Of a stretch of DNA of 64,000 nt, positions 1 through 9,757 are shown one piece after another. Position 1 is the stretch's first letter. Each line of letters opens with the position of its first letter. The notes under the pieces are model-generated. The model saw nothing but the letters and a program-made list of their open reading frames with translations, searched no databases and was not told where the DNA came from. The translations under genes and the position numbers were made by a program. The DNA comes from Frankiaceae bacterium (lineage in GTDB: Bacteria; Actinomycetota; Actinomycetes; BP-191): NCBI GenBank assembly GCA_035536815.1, contig DATLNJ010000033.1, positions 11,315-75,314 on the forward strand, written 5' to 3'.

Positions 1-358
1 CGTACGGGTCGAGCGAGAACACGTGCGTGCTCGCGACGCCCTTCACGCCGGGGGACACGTTCTGCCAGGTGACGCCGCGGTCGGCGGAGGACATGATCGC
101 CCGGCCGTCCGGCGTGAACGTGTCCACGGTCTCGGTCGAGCCGAGGCACGACGTGACGCAGCCCGAGGACGCCGCGACGTACATCGTGCCGTTCCGGTCG
201 AAGCCGAGCGTCGGCTCGCCGGCCTCGTGACCGATGCGGAACGACGCCCCGGTCGGGGTGTAGGAGCCGGCCGCCGTGCCCGGCACGGCGGCGATGGTGA
301 GCGGTACGACCGTGGCGGCCGCGGCGAGCGCGGCCGTCACGAGGTGACGACGGGACAA
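1..358 (-). CDS. secreted BNR/Asp-box repeat protein (5' part; gene runs off window start)
   Basis: TTG at 358 preceded by GGAGGA. Own translation gives LSRRHLVTAALAAAATVVPLTIAAVPG (signal peptide) and SSADRGVTWQNV (SxDxGxTW Asp-box). Absent from the ORF track because it leaves the window. Confidence 0.5.
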   Translation of the reverse strand, partial: MSRRHLVTAALAAAATVVPLTIAAVPGTAAGSYTPTGASFRIGHEAGEPTLGFDRNGTMYVAASSGCVTSCLGSTETVDTFTPDGRAIMSSADRGVTWQNVSPGVKGVASTHVFSLDPY

Positions 359-419
359 GGGGTCCTCCGTGGCGTAGGGGTGTCCGTTGGGAGCCGCGGG
401 ACAACCTCTCGGTTCGCCG

Positions 420-2081
420 TCAGGACCAGGTCGGCCTTCCTGCCCGCCCGGAGACCTGCCGCAGCGTGCCGTCCACGTAGGTGTACGCCGCGTCGTCGGC
501 GGTCCCGATGACCAGCAGGTCGCCGGCGAAGTCGAGGTACGCGGGCGCCGGCACCGCGACCGTCGCGACGGTCCGGCGGTTCAGGCCGTCCGCGTCGAAC
601 CGGTACAGGCGTGTCTGCGGCTCGTCGGTGGTGCTCGGCGCGCACGTCGCCGCCGCGAACAGCTGCTCGCGGCCGTTCGCGTCGCGCGGACCCCACGCCG
701 CCGCCGTCCACGTGCAGCCCTCGGGGGCCGGCGTCTCGGAGTCCGCGAGCTCGCCGAGCACGTCCACGGTGCGCAGCCGGCGGCCGCCGGCGTCCGTCGT
801 CACGTACGCCGCGAACCGTTCGCCGAGCACCGGCCCGACCGGCTCGCTCGTGTCCTCCCGGCGCGTCTCGCCGCCCGTGCGGACGACGACCTGCCACCGC
901 GCGTTGCCGGCGGCGCAGTCGAGCCGCGCGTACGCGAGCACGTCGCGGCGCCTGCTCGGGTGCGACAACCGGCCGTCGCCGGACGGCACCAGCGTCGTCG
1001 GCTCCCCGCCGCCGACCGGAACGCTGCGGATCTCGGACGCGCAGGTGCCCGCGGACTGCACGTACACCACGGACTTGCCGTCGTCGGACAGCTCCGGGTC
1101 GGAGGCGCCGGCGCCGGGCTCCGCGGCGGTCAGCCAGCGCACGACCGCGCCGTTGTCCACGGACAGCAGCGCGATGCGCCCGTCGCGCGCCGCGACGAAC
1201 ACCTTCGGCTCGACCGGCTGACCGAACCGCACCGGCACCGCGGCCGCCGCGGCGACGCTGCCGTCCAGGCCGCTCGGGGCGGTCACGAGCAGTGAGCCGG
1301 TCCCGGTGCGGCCGGCCGCCGAGACGCGTGCCGTCCAGCCGTTCGCCGAGGACTCGGCCCGCACCGTCGCCCCGGAGATCGTTGGCGAGTCGCCGCGCAG
1401 GTGCACGTCGATCGCGGGCTCCACGCCCTCGAACGTCCCTGACGCGTCGAACACACCGGAGACGTACGCGCCCACCTTCGGCGTCGCGATGAGGAGCGCG
1501 TCGTGGTGCGCGCGGACGACGACGTACGGCGCGTCGCCGTCGGTGCCGAAGCCGCGCACGGTGAGCTGCGACGCGGCCAGCGTGCCGTTGCGCGCCTCCC
1601 ACACGCTCTCGCCAGGCTGCTCCTTCCCGAGCACCTCCGCCTCGGGGATGCCGAGGTAGGTGCGCGCGAACGCCAGTGCCGCGCCCTTCGCCGTCTTCAG
1701 CGCCGGGTACGTCTCCGGGTCCGCCTCCCAGACCGTGACGTCGCTGCGCGTCGTCAGCGGCCAGATCGCGTCGAGCGGCGCGTCGGTCACCGGCTGCACC
1801 AGGGCGGACGGCGCGGGCGTGGGGACGCCGCTCACGGACGCCGCGGGCGGCGAGGCGGGGCCCACGCCGGCCTCGCGCTGCGGGCGGTCGGTGACGGCGA
1901 CGTACGTGGTGACGCCGAGGAACACGGCGGCGGCGCCGGCCAGCGCCGCGCCGAACGTCCACCACGGTCGCGCGCGGCGGCTCGCGACGCCCTGCTGGAT
2001 CGCGTCCCACCCGGCGGGGGACGGCTCCACGGCGTCTGCCTCCATCCGGAGGATCGCGCGGATCTTGTCGTCGGCGTTCAT
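420..2081 (-). CDS. membrane protein co-transcribed with ECF sigma (putative anti-sigma/regulatory protein with extracytoplasmic beta-propeller-like domain)
   Basis: Internal start MNADDKIRAIL overlaps the sigma stop (ATGA, 2078-2081). Single TM WWTFGAALAGAAAVFLGVTTYVAV. Long C-terminal domain with TolB-like repeat feel. The upstream part of ORF 420..2432 overlaps the sigma gene and is discarded. Confidence 0.6.
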   Translation of the reverse strand: MNADDKIRAILRMEADAVEPSPAGWDAIQQGVASRRARPWWTFGAALAGAAAVFLGVTTYVAVTDRPQREAGVGPASPPAASVSGVPTPAPSALVQPVTDAPLDAIWPLTTRSDVTVWEADPETYPALKTAKGAALAFARTYLGIPEAEVLGKEQPGESVWEARNGTLAASQLTVRGFGTDGDAPYVVVRAHHDALLIATPKVGAYVSGVFDASGTFEGVEPAIDVHLRGDSPTISGATVRAESSANGWTARVSAAGRTGTGSLLVTAPSGLDGSVAAAAAVPVRFGQPVEPKVFVAARDGRIALLSVDNGAVVRWLTAAEPGAGASDPELSDDGKSVVYVQSAGTCASEIRSVPVGGGEPTTLVPSGDGRLSHPSRRRDVLAYARLDCAAGNARWQVVVRTGGETRREDTSEPVGPVLGERFAAYVTTDAGGRRLRTVDVLGELADSETPAPEGCTWTAAAWGPRDANGREQLFAAATCAPSTTDEPQTRLYRFDADGLNRRTVATVAVPAPAYLDFAGDLLVIGTADDAAYTYVDGTLRQVSGRAGRPTWS

Positions 2082-2605
2082 GACTGCGGCTCCAGGTGAC
2101 GCGCCAGCGCGGCCTTGCCGCGGTGCAGGTGGGACTTCACGGCGCCTCGGCTGACGCCCATGGCGGCGGCGATCTCCGCCTCGCTGAGGTCGCCGTAGTA
2201 GCGGAGGACGATCGCCTCCCGCTGCTTGTCCGGCAGCTCGCGCAGCGCCGCGATGACGGCGTCCCGCTCGGCGAGCGTGATGGCGCCGTACTCGGCGCTC
2301 GGCATGTCCGGCATCGGCCGCGGCGCGTGCTTCTCGGCCACCTGCCGGTGCCGCATGCGTGACCGCGCGAGGTTGACGACGGTGGTGCGCAGGTACGGCA
2401 GCGCCTTCTCCGGGTCCTTGATCCGCCCCCACGCGCCGTGCATCCGGATGTAGGCGTCCTGCACGACCTCCTCGCTGGTGCCCACGTCGTCGAGCAGCAG
2501 CGCGGCGAGGCGGACGAGCGACCGGTAGTGCGTCCGGTACAGCTCGACGAGGGGTACCTCGCCGGCCCCGGCGACCGCCTCGCTCCGCGCCATGGTTGCG
2601 ATCAT
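2078..2605 (-). CDS. ECF-type RNA polymerase sigma-70 factor
   Basis: 175 aa. Region 2 (EEVVQDAYIRMHGAW) and region 4 HTH (LPDKQREAIVLRYYGDLSEAEIAAAMGVSRGAVKSHLHRGKAAL). Confidence 0.9.
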   Translation of the reverse strand: MIATMARSEAVAGAGEVPLVELYRTHYRSLVRLAALLLDDVGTSEEVVQDAYIRMHGAWGRIKDPEKALPYLRTTVVNLARSRMRHRQVAEKHAPRPMPDMPSAEYGAITLAERDAVIAALRELPDKQREAIVLRYYGDLSEAEIAAAMGVSRGAVKSHLHRGKAALARHLEPQS

Positions 2606-2690
2606 GCCGAGAACGACGCGAAGTGCACCCCGTTGGTTTACCGGTGCCCTACGATCCGGAGGTCACTTCTCGTCGGGTGGGGAGCCTTCG

Positions 2691-3227
2691 TTGCGGTCTG
2701 GCGTCGTCGTCGCGTGCGCGCTCGCGTACGGCGTGCTGCTCGCTGCGCCCGCGGCCGCGCAGGAGCCGAGCGAGTCGCCGTCGTCGTCGCCGACGAGCAG
2801 CCCGAGCTCGGAGCCGACCACGCCGCCGCCGTCCTGCCCGCCGCCCGGGGTGCCGCCGCTGTGCCGGACGCCCTCGCCCACGCGGACCCCGGTGCCGCCG
2901 ACCTGGTCCCCGACCGCGGCGCCCACGACCATGACGCCGACCCCGACGCGGACGCGCTTCCGGACGTACCAGCCGCCGCCGCCGACGTTCGCGCCGCCCG
3001 TCACGCGCACCCCGACGCCGGCCAGCACGCTTCCGCCGTTGCGCACGCTGAGCCTCGAGCCGACACCCGAACCGGTGCCCACGACGCAGGCCCCTCCGGT
3101 CGAGAACGCCGCCTCCGGCGGCACCAGCACCACGTCGCTCGCGGTCGGCGGCCTCGTGCTCGTCGTCCTGCTCGGCGCGGGCGGTGTGGTCGGCCTCTAC
3201 CTGACGCGGGAGACCGAGGCGATGTAG
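2691..3227 (+). CDS. Pro/Ser/Thr-rich secreted protein with C-terminal membrane anchor
   Basis: ORF 2592..3227. TTG at 2691 follows GGGGAG. Signal peptide VVVACALAYGVLLAAPAAAQEP, long P/T/S low-complexity stretch, C-terminal TM LAVGGLVLVVLLGAGGVVGLYL. Start uncertain. Confidence 0.5.
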   Translation: MRSGVVVACALAYGVLLAAPAAAQEPSESPSSSPTSSPSSEPTTPPPSCPPPGVPPLCRTPSPTRTPVPPTWSPTAAPTTMTPTPTRTRFRTYQPPPPTFAPPVTRTPTPASTLPPLRTLSLEPTPEPVPTTQAPPVENAASGGTSTTSLAVGGLVLVVLLGAGGVVGLYLTRETEAM

Positions 3228-3237
3228 GAAGTCGTCC

Positions 3238-3576
3238 ATGGCCGACGACTGCTTGTTCTGCCGACTGGTCGCGGGGGAGATCCCGGCGACCGTCGTGCGC
3301 GAGACCGACGACACGCTCGCGTTCCGCGACATCAGCCCCAGGGCGCCGGTGCACGTGCTCGTCGTGCCCAAGGCGCACCACGCGAACGTCGGCGACCTCG
3401 CCGCCGCCGACCCGTCGCTCGCGGCGCGGCTGGTGGCCGAGGCCGCGACCGTCGCCGCCGCGGAGGGCGTAGGGGACGCGTGGCGGCTGGTGTTCAACAC
3501 CGGCGCCGGCGTCGGGCAGACCGTCTTCCACGTGCACGCGCACGTGCTTGGCGGCGGCGCGATCGAGGCGATGTGA
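3238..3576 (+). CDS. histidine triad (HIT) family nucleotide hydrolase
   Basis: 112 aa with HIT motif VFHVHAHVLGG and typical N-terminus CLFCRLVAGEIPA. Confidence 0.9.
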   Translation: MADDCLFCRLVAGEIPATVVRETDDTLAFRDISPRAPVHVLVVPKAHHANVGDLAAADPSLAARLVAEAATVAAAEGVGDAWRLVFNTGAGVGQTVFHVHAHVLGGGAIEAM

Positions 3577-4895
3577 GCGCCGCCGACGCGTGCCAGAAGC
3601 TCGTCCGGGAGAAGCAGGCCGACCGGCGGCTGCCGAGCGTCAGCGCGGTGGTGTTCCGCGGCGGTGACCAGCTCTGGTACGGCGCCGCCGGGTCGGCGGC
3701 GCTCGACCCGCCGGCGCCGCCCATCGCCGACACGCAGTACCGGCTCGGCTCGATCACGAAGACGTTCACCGCGGTCCTCGTCATGCAGCTGCGCGACGAG
3801 GGGCGGCTCGACCTCGACGACCGGATCGGGCAGCACCTGCCCGACGCGCCGCACGGCGCGCCGACGATCCGCCGCCTGCTCTGCCACCTGTCCGGCCTGC
3901 AACGCGAGCCGGTCGGCGAGGTCTGGGAGACGCTCGTCCCGCCGGCCCGCGAGGAGCTGCTCGGCAACTACGCGGGGGCCGAGTTCGTCCTCCCGCCGAA
4001 CCGCCGCTGGCACTACTCCAACCTCGCCTACGCCCTCCTCGGCGAGGTCGTCGCGCGGCTCACCGGCGGCGCGTGGGAGGAGGCGTTGCGCGACCGCCTG
4101 CTCACGCCGCTCGGGCTGGCGCGCACGACGCTGGAGCCCGAGGCGCCGTACGCGCAGGGGTACTTCGTGCACCCGTACGCCGACCGCGCGGCGGAGGAGC
4201 CGTACCTGCGGATGGCCGGCACCGCGAGCGCCGCGCAGCTCTGGGCGTCGGCCTCGGACCTCGCGAAGTGGGGCGCGTTCGTCCTCGCGCCGGACCCGGC
4301 GGTGCTCGCGCCCGAGACCCTGGCAGAGATGACGCACCTGCACGCGATGGCCGACCAGGAAGGGTGGGCGCTCGCGTGGGGGCTCGGCTGGATGCTGTTC
4401 CGGCACGACGGGCGCATCCTCACCGGCCACACCGGCGGCATGCCGGGCCATCTCGCGGGGCTCGCCGTCTCGCGCAAGGACGGCGTCGGCGCGGCCGTGT
4501 TCTGCAACGGCTCGGCGTCGTTCGAGCCGGGTCCGTTCGCGTGCGAGCTGGTCTCCACGTGGCTCGCGCAGGACCCCGCGCCGCCGGCGGAGTGGGCGCC
4601 CGGCGCGCCGGTGCCGGCGGCGTACGAGACAGCGCTCGGCCGCTGGTGGACCGAGGGCAGCGAGTTCGTGTTCTCGTGGCGCGAGGGCCGGCTCCAGGCG
4701 CTGCCGGTCGGGGCGCCGAAGACGCTGCCGCCGGCGGTGTTCGAGCCGGCCGGCAAGGACGCGTTCCGCGGCGTGTCGGGGCGCGAGCAGGGCGAGTGGC
4801 TGCGGCTGGTCCGCGACGACGGGGGCAACGTCACCAAGATGTACTGGGCGACGTACCCGCTGACCCGCGAGCCGGTGACGTTCGGCGCGACGTAG
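3573..4895 (+). CDS. serine hydrolase, beta-lactamase/transpeptidase-like family
   Basis: SxxK motif SITKTFTAVLVMQLRDEGRLDLDD. GTG at 3573 overlaps the HIT stop (ATGTGA). The part of the ORF upstream of 3573 overlaps the HIT gene. Confidence 0.8.
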   Translation: MSAADACQKLVREKQADRRLPSVSAVVFRGGDQLWYGAAGSAALDPPAPPIADTQYRLGSITKTFTAVLVMQLRDEGRLDLDDRIGQHLPDAPHGAPTIRRLLCHLSGLQREPVGEVWETLVPPAREELLGNYAGAEFVLPPNRRWHYSNLAYALLGEVVARLTGGAWEEALRDRLLTPLGLARTTLEPEAPYAQGYFVHPYADRAAEEPYLRMAGTASAAQLWASASDLAKWGAFVLAPDPAVLAPETLAEMTHLHAMADQEGWALAWGLGWMLFRHDGRILTGHTGGMPGHLAGLAVSRKDGVGAAVFCNGSASFEPGPFACELVSTWLAQDPAPPAEWAPGAPVPAAYETALGRWWTEGSEFVFSWREGRLQALPVGAPKTLPPAVFEPAGKDAFRGVSGREQGEWLRLVRDDGGNVTKMYWATYPLTREPVTFGAT

Positions 4896-4905
4896 GATCA
4901 CGGCA

Positions 4906-6996
4906 ATGGCCGACATCGTGAAGACGAAGATCGTCGTCCCCGGCGCCCACTCCATGGTCAGCCTGCTCGGCCAGCGCGACGAGCTCCTGACGATCGTCGA
5001 GCGCGCGTTCCGCGCGGACATCATGGTCCGCGGCAACGAGATCACCGTCACCGGCGACGCCGGCGAGGTGCCGCTCGCCGTGAAGCTTTTCGAGGAGCTC
5101 ATCACGCTGCTCGACAAGGGCGACGAGCTGACCGGCGAGACCGTGGAGCGTTCGCTGCACATGCTGCGGCGGTCCGAGACGGCGAGCCCGGCCGAGGTGC
5201 TTTCGCTCAACATCCTGTCGTCGCGCGGCCGCACCATCCGGCCCAAGACGCTCAACCAGAAGCGCTACGTCGACGCCATCGACAAGCACACGATCGTCTT
5301 CGCGATCGGGCCGGCCGGTACCGGCAAGACGTACCTCGCGATGGCCAAGGCCGTGCAGGCGCTGCAGGCCAAGCAGGTCAACCGGATCATCCTGACCCGC
5401 CCGGCCGTTGAGGCGGGGGAGCGGCTCGGGTTCCTGCCAGGGACGCTGTTCGACAAGATCGACCCGTACCTGCGCCCGCTCGTCGACGCGCTGCACGACA
5501 TGGTCGACCCCGAGTCGATCCCGCGGCTGATGGCGGCCGGCACCATCGAGGTCGCGCCGCTCGCCTTCATGCGTGGCCGCGCGCAGCCGGTGGAGACGCC
5601 CGTCCTCACGCCGGACGGCTGGCGGCGCATCGGCAGCCTGCGCGTCGGCGACCTCGTCGTCGGCTCCGACGGCCGCCCGACACCGGTGCTCGGGGTCTAC
5701 CCGCAGGGGCGCAAGAAGGTCTACCGGGTCGCGGCACAGGACGGCGCGGCGACGTACGCGTGCGGCGAGCACCTCTGGGCCGTGACGACGCGGGACGACC
5801 GCAGGCGCGGCAAGCCGGCCCGCGTCGTGACGACCGGGGACATGCGCGGGCGGCTGCGGGCGTGGCACACGCACCGGTACGAGCTGCCGCTCGTCCGCCC
5901 CGTGGAGCTCGTTACGCGCGACGTCCCGCTCGACCCGTACGCGCTCGGCCTGCTGCTCGGCGACGGCTGCCTCACGACGAGCACGACGCCGTCGTTCGCG
6001 ACGGCTGACCCGGAGCTCGCCGTCGCGCTGGACGCCGCGTTGCCGGGCATCGAGGTCCGGCACAAGGCCGGCGTCGACTACGTCCTGCGCCACGCCGGAG
6101 CTGGCCGCGGCGGTCTCCGGGTCGCCAACCCGGTCACCGAGGTGCTCAGGGACCTCGGGCTGGCGGGCACGCGCTCCGCGACCAAGTTCGTGCCAGTCTG
6201 CTACCTGCTCAACTCCGCCGAAGTCCGGCTGGCCGTCCTGCAGGGACTGCTCGACAGCGACGGCGGTCCGGTCCGGCAGCGCGGGCGCACCTGCCGGGTG
6301 CAGTACACGACCTGCTCCGACCGGCTGCGCGACGACGTCGTGTTCCTCGTCCGTTCGCTGGGCGGCGTCGCGTACACCCGTACCCGTCGCGCGGCCGGAC
6401 GCGCTCCCGGCGGCACCGCCGAGCGGCCGATCGTGCACCGCCACGACGCGCACGTCGTGGACGTCCGGCTGCCGGCCGGCATGGCGCCGTTCCGGCTGCG
6501 CCGCAAGGCCGACGCGTACGCCGCGGCCGACGGTGGCGGGCAGCCGAAGCGGTTCGTGGACTCGATCGAGCCGGCGGGCGAGACCGAGTGCGTGTGCATC
6601 GCGGTCGGCGCCGCGGACTCGCTCTACGTCACCAGCGACTTCCTCGTCACGCACAACACGCTCAACGATGCGTTCATCATCCTGGACGAGGCGCAGAACA
6701 CCTCGCCCGAGCAGATGAAGATGTTCCTCACCCGGCTCGGCTTCGGGTCGCGGATCGTTGTCACCGGCGACGTCACGCAGGTGGACCTGCCGAGCGGCAC
6801 GCAGAGCGGCCTGCGCGTCGTCAGCGAGATCCTCGACGGCATCGAGGACGTGTTCTTCACCAAGCTCGGCAGCGCCGACGTCGTACGCCACAAGCTGGTC
6901 AGCGAGATCGTGGATGCGTACGCGAAGTTCGACGCGGAGAACAACGCCTCCCGCGCCGCCACCGACCGCGGCACCCGCCGGTCGCCGCGCCGATGA
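4906..6996 (+). CDS. phoH: PhoH-like ATPase interrupted by an in-frame intein
   Basis: Walker [12 protein letters not shown], then LAFMRGR | 359-aa insert | [28 protein letters not shown]. With the insert removed the exteins give 337 aa, a normal PhoH length. Confidence 0.9.
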   Translation: MADIVKTKIVVPGAHSMVSLLGQRDELLTIVERAFRADIMVRGNEITVTGDAGEVPLAVKLFEELITLLDKGDELTGETVERSLHMLRRSETASPAEVLSLNILSSRGRTIRPKTLNQKRYVDAIDKHTIVFAIGPAGTGKTYLAMAKAVQALQAKQVNRIILTRPAVEAGERLGFLPGTLFDKIDPYLRPLVDALHDMVDPESIPRLMAAGTIEVAPLAFMRGRAQPVETPVLTPDGWRRIGSLRVGDLVVGSDGRPTPVLGVYPQGRKKVYRVAAQDGAATYACGEHLWAVTTRDDRRRGKPARVVTTGDMRGRLRAWHTHRYELPLVRPVELVTRDVPLDPYALGLLLGDGCLTTSTTPSFATADPELAVALDAALPGIEVRHKAGVDYVLRHAGAGRGGLRVANPVTEVLRDLGLAGTRSATKFVPVCYLLNSAEVRLAVLQGLLDSDGGPVRQRGRTCRVQYTTCSDRLRDDVVFLVRSLGGVAYTRTRRAAGRAPGGTAERPIVHRHDAHVVDVRLPAGMAPFRLRRKADAYAAADGGGQPKRFVDSIEPAGETECVCIAVGAADSLYVTSDFLVTHNTLNDAFIILDEAQNTSPEQMKMFLTRLGFGSRIVVTGDVTQVDLPSGTQSGLRVVSEILDGIEDVFFTKLGSADVVRHKLVSEIVDAYAKFDAENNASRAATDRGTRRSPRR
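5581..6657 (+). mobile_element. intein (359 aa) with LAGLIDADG homing-endonuclease domain inside phoH
   Basis: Starts [28 protein letters not shown] (block A-like, Ala1). Block B is GEHLW. Two LAGLIDADG motifs ([24 protein letters not shown]). Block F is TECVCIAV. Ends FLVTHN followed by Thr+1. Confidence 0.85.
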
Positions 6997-7469
6997 GCGT
7001 CTTCGTCGCCAACGAGAGCGGCACCGCGGTCGACGAGGAGTCGCTCGTCGCGGTCGCGCGGCACGTCCTCGACGAGATGGGCGTCGCGCCGATGGCCGAG
7101 CTGTCCATCCTGCTGGTCGACGCCGACGCGATGGAGCAGCTGCACGTCCGCTGGATGAACGAGCCGGGCCCGACCGACGTCATGGCGTTCCCGATGGACG
7201 AGCTCGAAGGCACGCGGATGTCCGCGCACCCCGGCGACGACGAGCCGCCGGAGCCGGCGCTGCTCGGCGACGTGGTGCTCTGCCCGGCGGTCGCCGCGAA
7301 GCAGGCAGAGACGGCCGGTCACACGATGGCCGACGAGCTGCACCTGCTCTGCACGCACGGCGTCCTGCACCTGCTCGGCTTCGACCACGCGGAGCCCGAG
7401 GAGGAGCAGGCGATGTTCCGCGAGCAGGCCAGGCTGCTCGCGTCCTGGCGCGCGCGCACCGCGGGCTGA
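6993..7469 (+). CDS. ybeY: rRNA maturation endoribonuclease YbeY
   Basis: ATG at 6993 overlaps the phoH stop (ATGA). Metal site [11 protein letters not shown]. Conserved phoH-ybeY synteny. Confidence 0.9.
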   Translation: MSVFVANESGTAVDEESLVAVARHVLDEMGVAPMAELSILLVDADAMEQLHVRWMNEPGPTDVMAFPMDELEGTRMSAHPGDDEPPEPALLGDVVLCPAVAAKQAETAGHTMADELHLLCTHGVLHLLGFDHAEPEEEQAMFREQARLLASWRARTAG

Positions 7470-7473
7470 CGCG

Positions 7474-8751
7474 ATGCCACAGGACACGCCGCTGCTCGTG
7501 CTGGCCTTCGTGCTGGTCGTGCTGGCCGGGCTGTTCGCGATGGTCGAGGCGGCGATCGCGCGCACGTCGCGGGTCCGCGCCGACGCGCTCGTCCGCGACG
7601 GGCGGCGCGGCGCCGAACGCCTCCACACGATCACCGACGACGCCCCGCGCTACCTGAACCTCGTTCTCCTGCTGCGGCTGCTCGCCGAGCTCACCGCCGT
7701 GTCGATCGTGACCGCGATCATCATCGGCGCGCGTGGCGGCGGCCGGCTGTCGATCCTCATCTCGGCCGGGCTGATGGTCGTGGTGTCGTACGTCCTCGTC
7801 GGGGTCGCGCCGCGCACGATCGGCGTCCAGCACTCCGACACCGTCGCCCTCAACTCGGCGGGCGCCGTCATCTGGCTCACCCGGCTGTTCGGCCCGCTGC
7901 CCAAGCTGCTGATCCTCGTCGGCAACGCCGTCACGCCCGGTCGCGGCCTGGCCAGCGGCCCGTTCGCCTCCGAGGCGGAGCTGCGCGACCTCGTCGACCT
8001 CGCCCAGGCGGGGCAGGTCATCGAGCAGGGCGAGCGCGACATGATCCACTCGGTCTTCGAGCTCGGCGACACGCTGGTCCGCGAGGTGATGGTGCCGCGG
8101 CCGGACATCGTGTTCATCGAGCACGGCAAGACCGTCCGCCAGGCGCTCAACCTCGCGCTGCGTTCCGGCTTCTCCCGGCTGCCGGTCATCCGCGAGAACG
8201 CCGACGACGTGATCGGGGTCGCGTACCTCAAGGACCTGGTCCGCCGGTCGCAGGAGGGCAAGGACGACGCGAAGGTCGAGGAGTTCGCGCGCACGCCGGC
8301 GTTCGTCCCCGACTCCAAGCCGATCGACGAGCTGCTCCGTGAGATGCAGAAGGACCAGACGCACATGGCCGTCGTCGTGGACGAGTACGGCGGCACCGCC
8401 GGCATCGTCACGATCGAGGACATCCTCGAGGAGATCGTCGGCGAGATCGCGGACGAGTACGACAAGGAGACGCCGGCCGTCGAGCAGGTGGACGAGCGGA
8501 CCGTCCGCGTCACCGCGCGGATGCCGATCGACGAGATCAACGACCTGTTCGATGTGGAGCTGCCGTCCGACGACGTCGAGACGATCGGCGGCCTGATGGC
8601 CCGCGAGCTGGGCCGGGTACCGATCCCCGGTGCGACGGTGACGGTGGCCGGGCTGACGTTCGTGGCGGAGTCGGCGAAGGGCCGCCGCAACCGGATCGGC
8701 ACCGTGTTGATCACCCGGAACACGCCGGACCGGTCACCCGCCGGCTCCTGA
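7474..8751 (+). CDS. hemolysin-family membrane protein (DUF21-CBS pair-CorC/HlyC)
   Basis: 425 aa. N-terminal TM helices, CBS region (VREVMVPRPDIVFIE ... VIGVAYLKDL), C-terminal transporter-associated domain. Synteny after ybeY. Confidence 0.85.
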   Translation: MPQDTPLLVLAFVLVVLAGLFAMVEAAIARTSRVRADALVRDGRRGAERLHTITDDAPRYLNLVLLLRLLAELTAVSIVTAIIIGARGGGRLSILISAGLMVVVSYVLVGVAPRTIGVQHSDTVALNSAGAVIWLTRLFGPLPKLLILVGNAVTPGRGLASGPFASEAELRDLVDLAQAGQVIEQGERDMIHSVFELGDTLVREVMVPRPDIVFIEHGKTVRQALNLALRSGFSRLPVIRENADDVIGVAYLKDLVRRSQEGKDDAKVEEFARTPAFVPDSKPIDELLREMQKDQTHMAVVVDEYGGTAGIVTIEDILEEIVGEIADEYDKETPAVEQVDERTVRVTARMPIDEINDLFDVELPSDDVETIGGLMARELGRVPIPGATVTVAGLTFVAESAKGRRNRIGTVLITRNTPDRSPAGS

Positions 8752-8889
8752 CGCCGTCCCGCCTGACCGCCCGGGCCGCTCAGGCAGGGCGCGCCGGTAC
8801 CCGGCCGGAAGGGGGACGTCACCGCCGCGGCGGCGGAAACGGGGAACTGCCCTTGTGGGGGGTGCGGAGGCGTCCTTACAGTCGCGTCC

Positions 8890-9711
8890 ATGCATTCGCC
8901 CTCGCGGTCGCGCGTCGTGCTCGCCGCCGCGCTCTGCGCGGTGGTGGCGGCGGCGACCGCGGGTGCCGCCGGGCCGCGGCGGGCACCGCGGCCGGTCTCC
9001 GCGACGTTCGACGACCCGCAGGCGTGCCTGGAGGCGGCTCCGGCCGCCGCGTCGTTGCCGGGCGTCACCGACGACGGCGGCACCGTCTCGCTCGACGTGC
9101 TCGCGGTGGTCGACGGGCTGTCCCGTCGGCAGGCCGCGGCTGTCCTGGCGACGGCCGCGCGCGCCTTCGAGCCGTTCCGGGTGCGGCTGACGCCGCGGTA
9201 CCGGACGGTCTCGTTCGCGGCCGACGGACAGCACGTGCCGCCAGGGATGAAGGCGGAGGTGCCCACGGCGGACGAGCGGCGGCTGTTCACGGAGCTCATC
9301 GAGCACGTCGGCGGCGCGCGTCCCGAGGGGATCGACGTCGTCGTACTGCTCACGAACAAGGACATCTGGTATCCCGAGAACAACGGCGAGCGGCAGTACT
9401 CCTCCGGCGGCGTCGCGTTCTGCATCGGCGGCGTGCGGTTCGCCGACAAGGCGTTCGCCATCGCGGAGGCGTGGCGCACCTTCCCCGAGGACCCCGTGTA
9501 CGCCGGCAAGGTCGCCGCCCATGAGATCGGCCACCTGATGGGCGCGCACCACCACTACTCGAACTGCGTCGAGGGCGACGGCAAGGAGCAGCGCGGCGTA
9601 CCCGGCGTCTGCACGGTGATGGAGGGCAGCCTGACCCGGTTCTTCTCGCTGCGGTTCGGGACGGTCGAGAGTGCCGTGATCCGCGGGCACGCGGTCCGGT
9701 TCGCGCGGTAA
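8890..9711 (+). CDS. secreted zinc metalloprotease (metzincin-type HExxHxxGxxH)
   Basis: Signal peptide VVLAAALCAVVAAATAGAAGP. Motif AHEIGHLMGAHHHY. Confidence 0.65.
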   Translation: MHSPSRSRVVLAAALCAVVAAATAGAAGPRRAPRPVSATFDDPQACLEAAPAAASLPGVTDDGGTVSLDVLAVVDGLSRRQAAAVLATAARAFEPFRVRLTPRYRTVSFAADGQHVPPGMKAEVPTADERRLFTELIEHVGGARPEGIDVVVLLTNKDIWYPENNGERQYSSGGVAFCIGGVRFADKAFAIAEAWRTFPEDPVYAGKVAAHEIGHLMGAHHHYSNCVEGDGKEQRGVPGVCTVMEGSLTRFFSLRFGTVESAVIRGHAVRFAR

Positions 9712-9757
9712 CGGCCCGGCTGTAGGAGATCGCGCGCCGCCCGGCGAACACACTCTG

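Noticed and set aside
2649-5255. 868-aa minus-strand ORF, and similar very long ORFs (337..2010, 4831..6891, 9350..11329, 13657..15480, 22500..24227, 26671..29178, 29311..31203)
   Set aside because: They lie antisense to genes with clear family signatures. Their translations are Arg/Ala/Gly/Pro low-complexity, typical of stop-codon-poor shadow frames in high-GC DNA.
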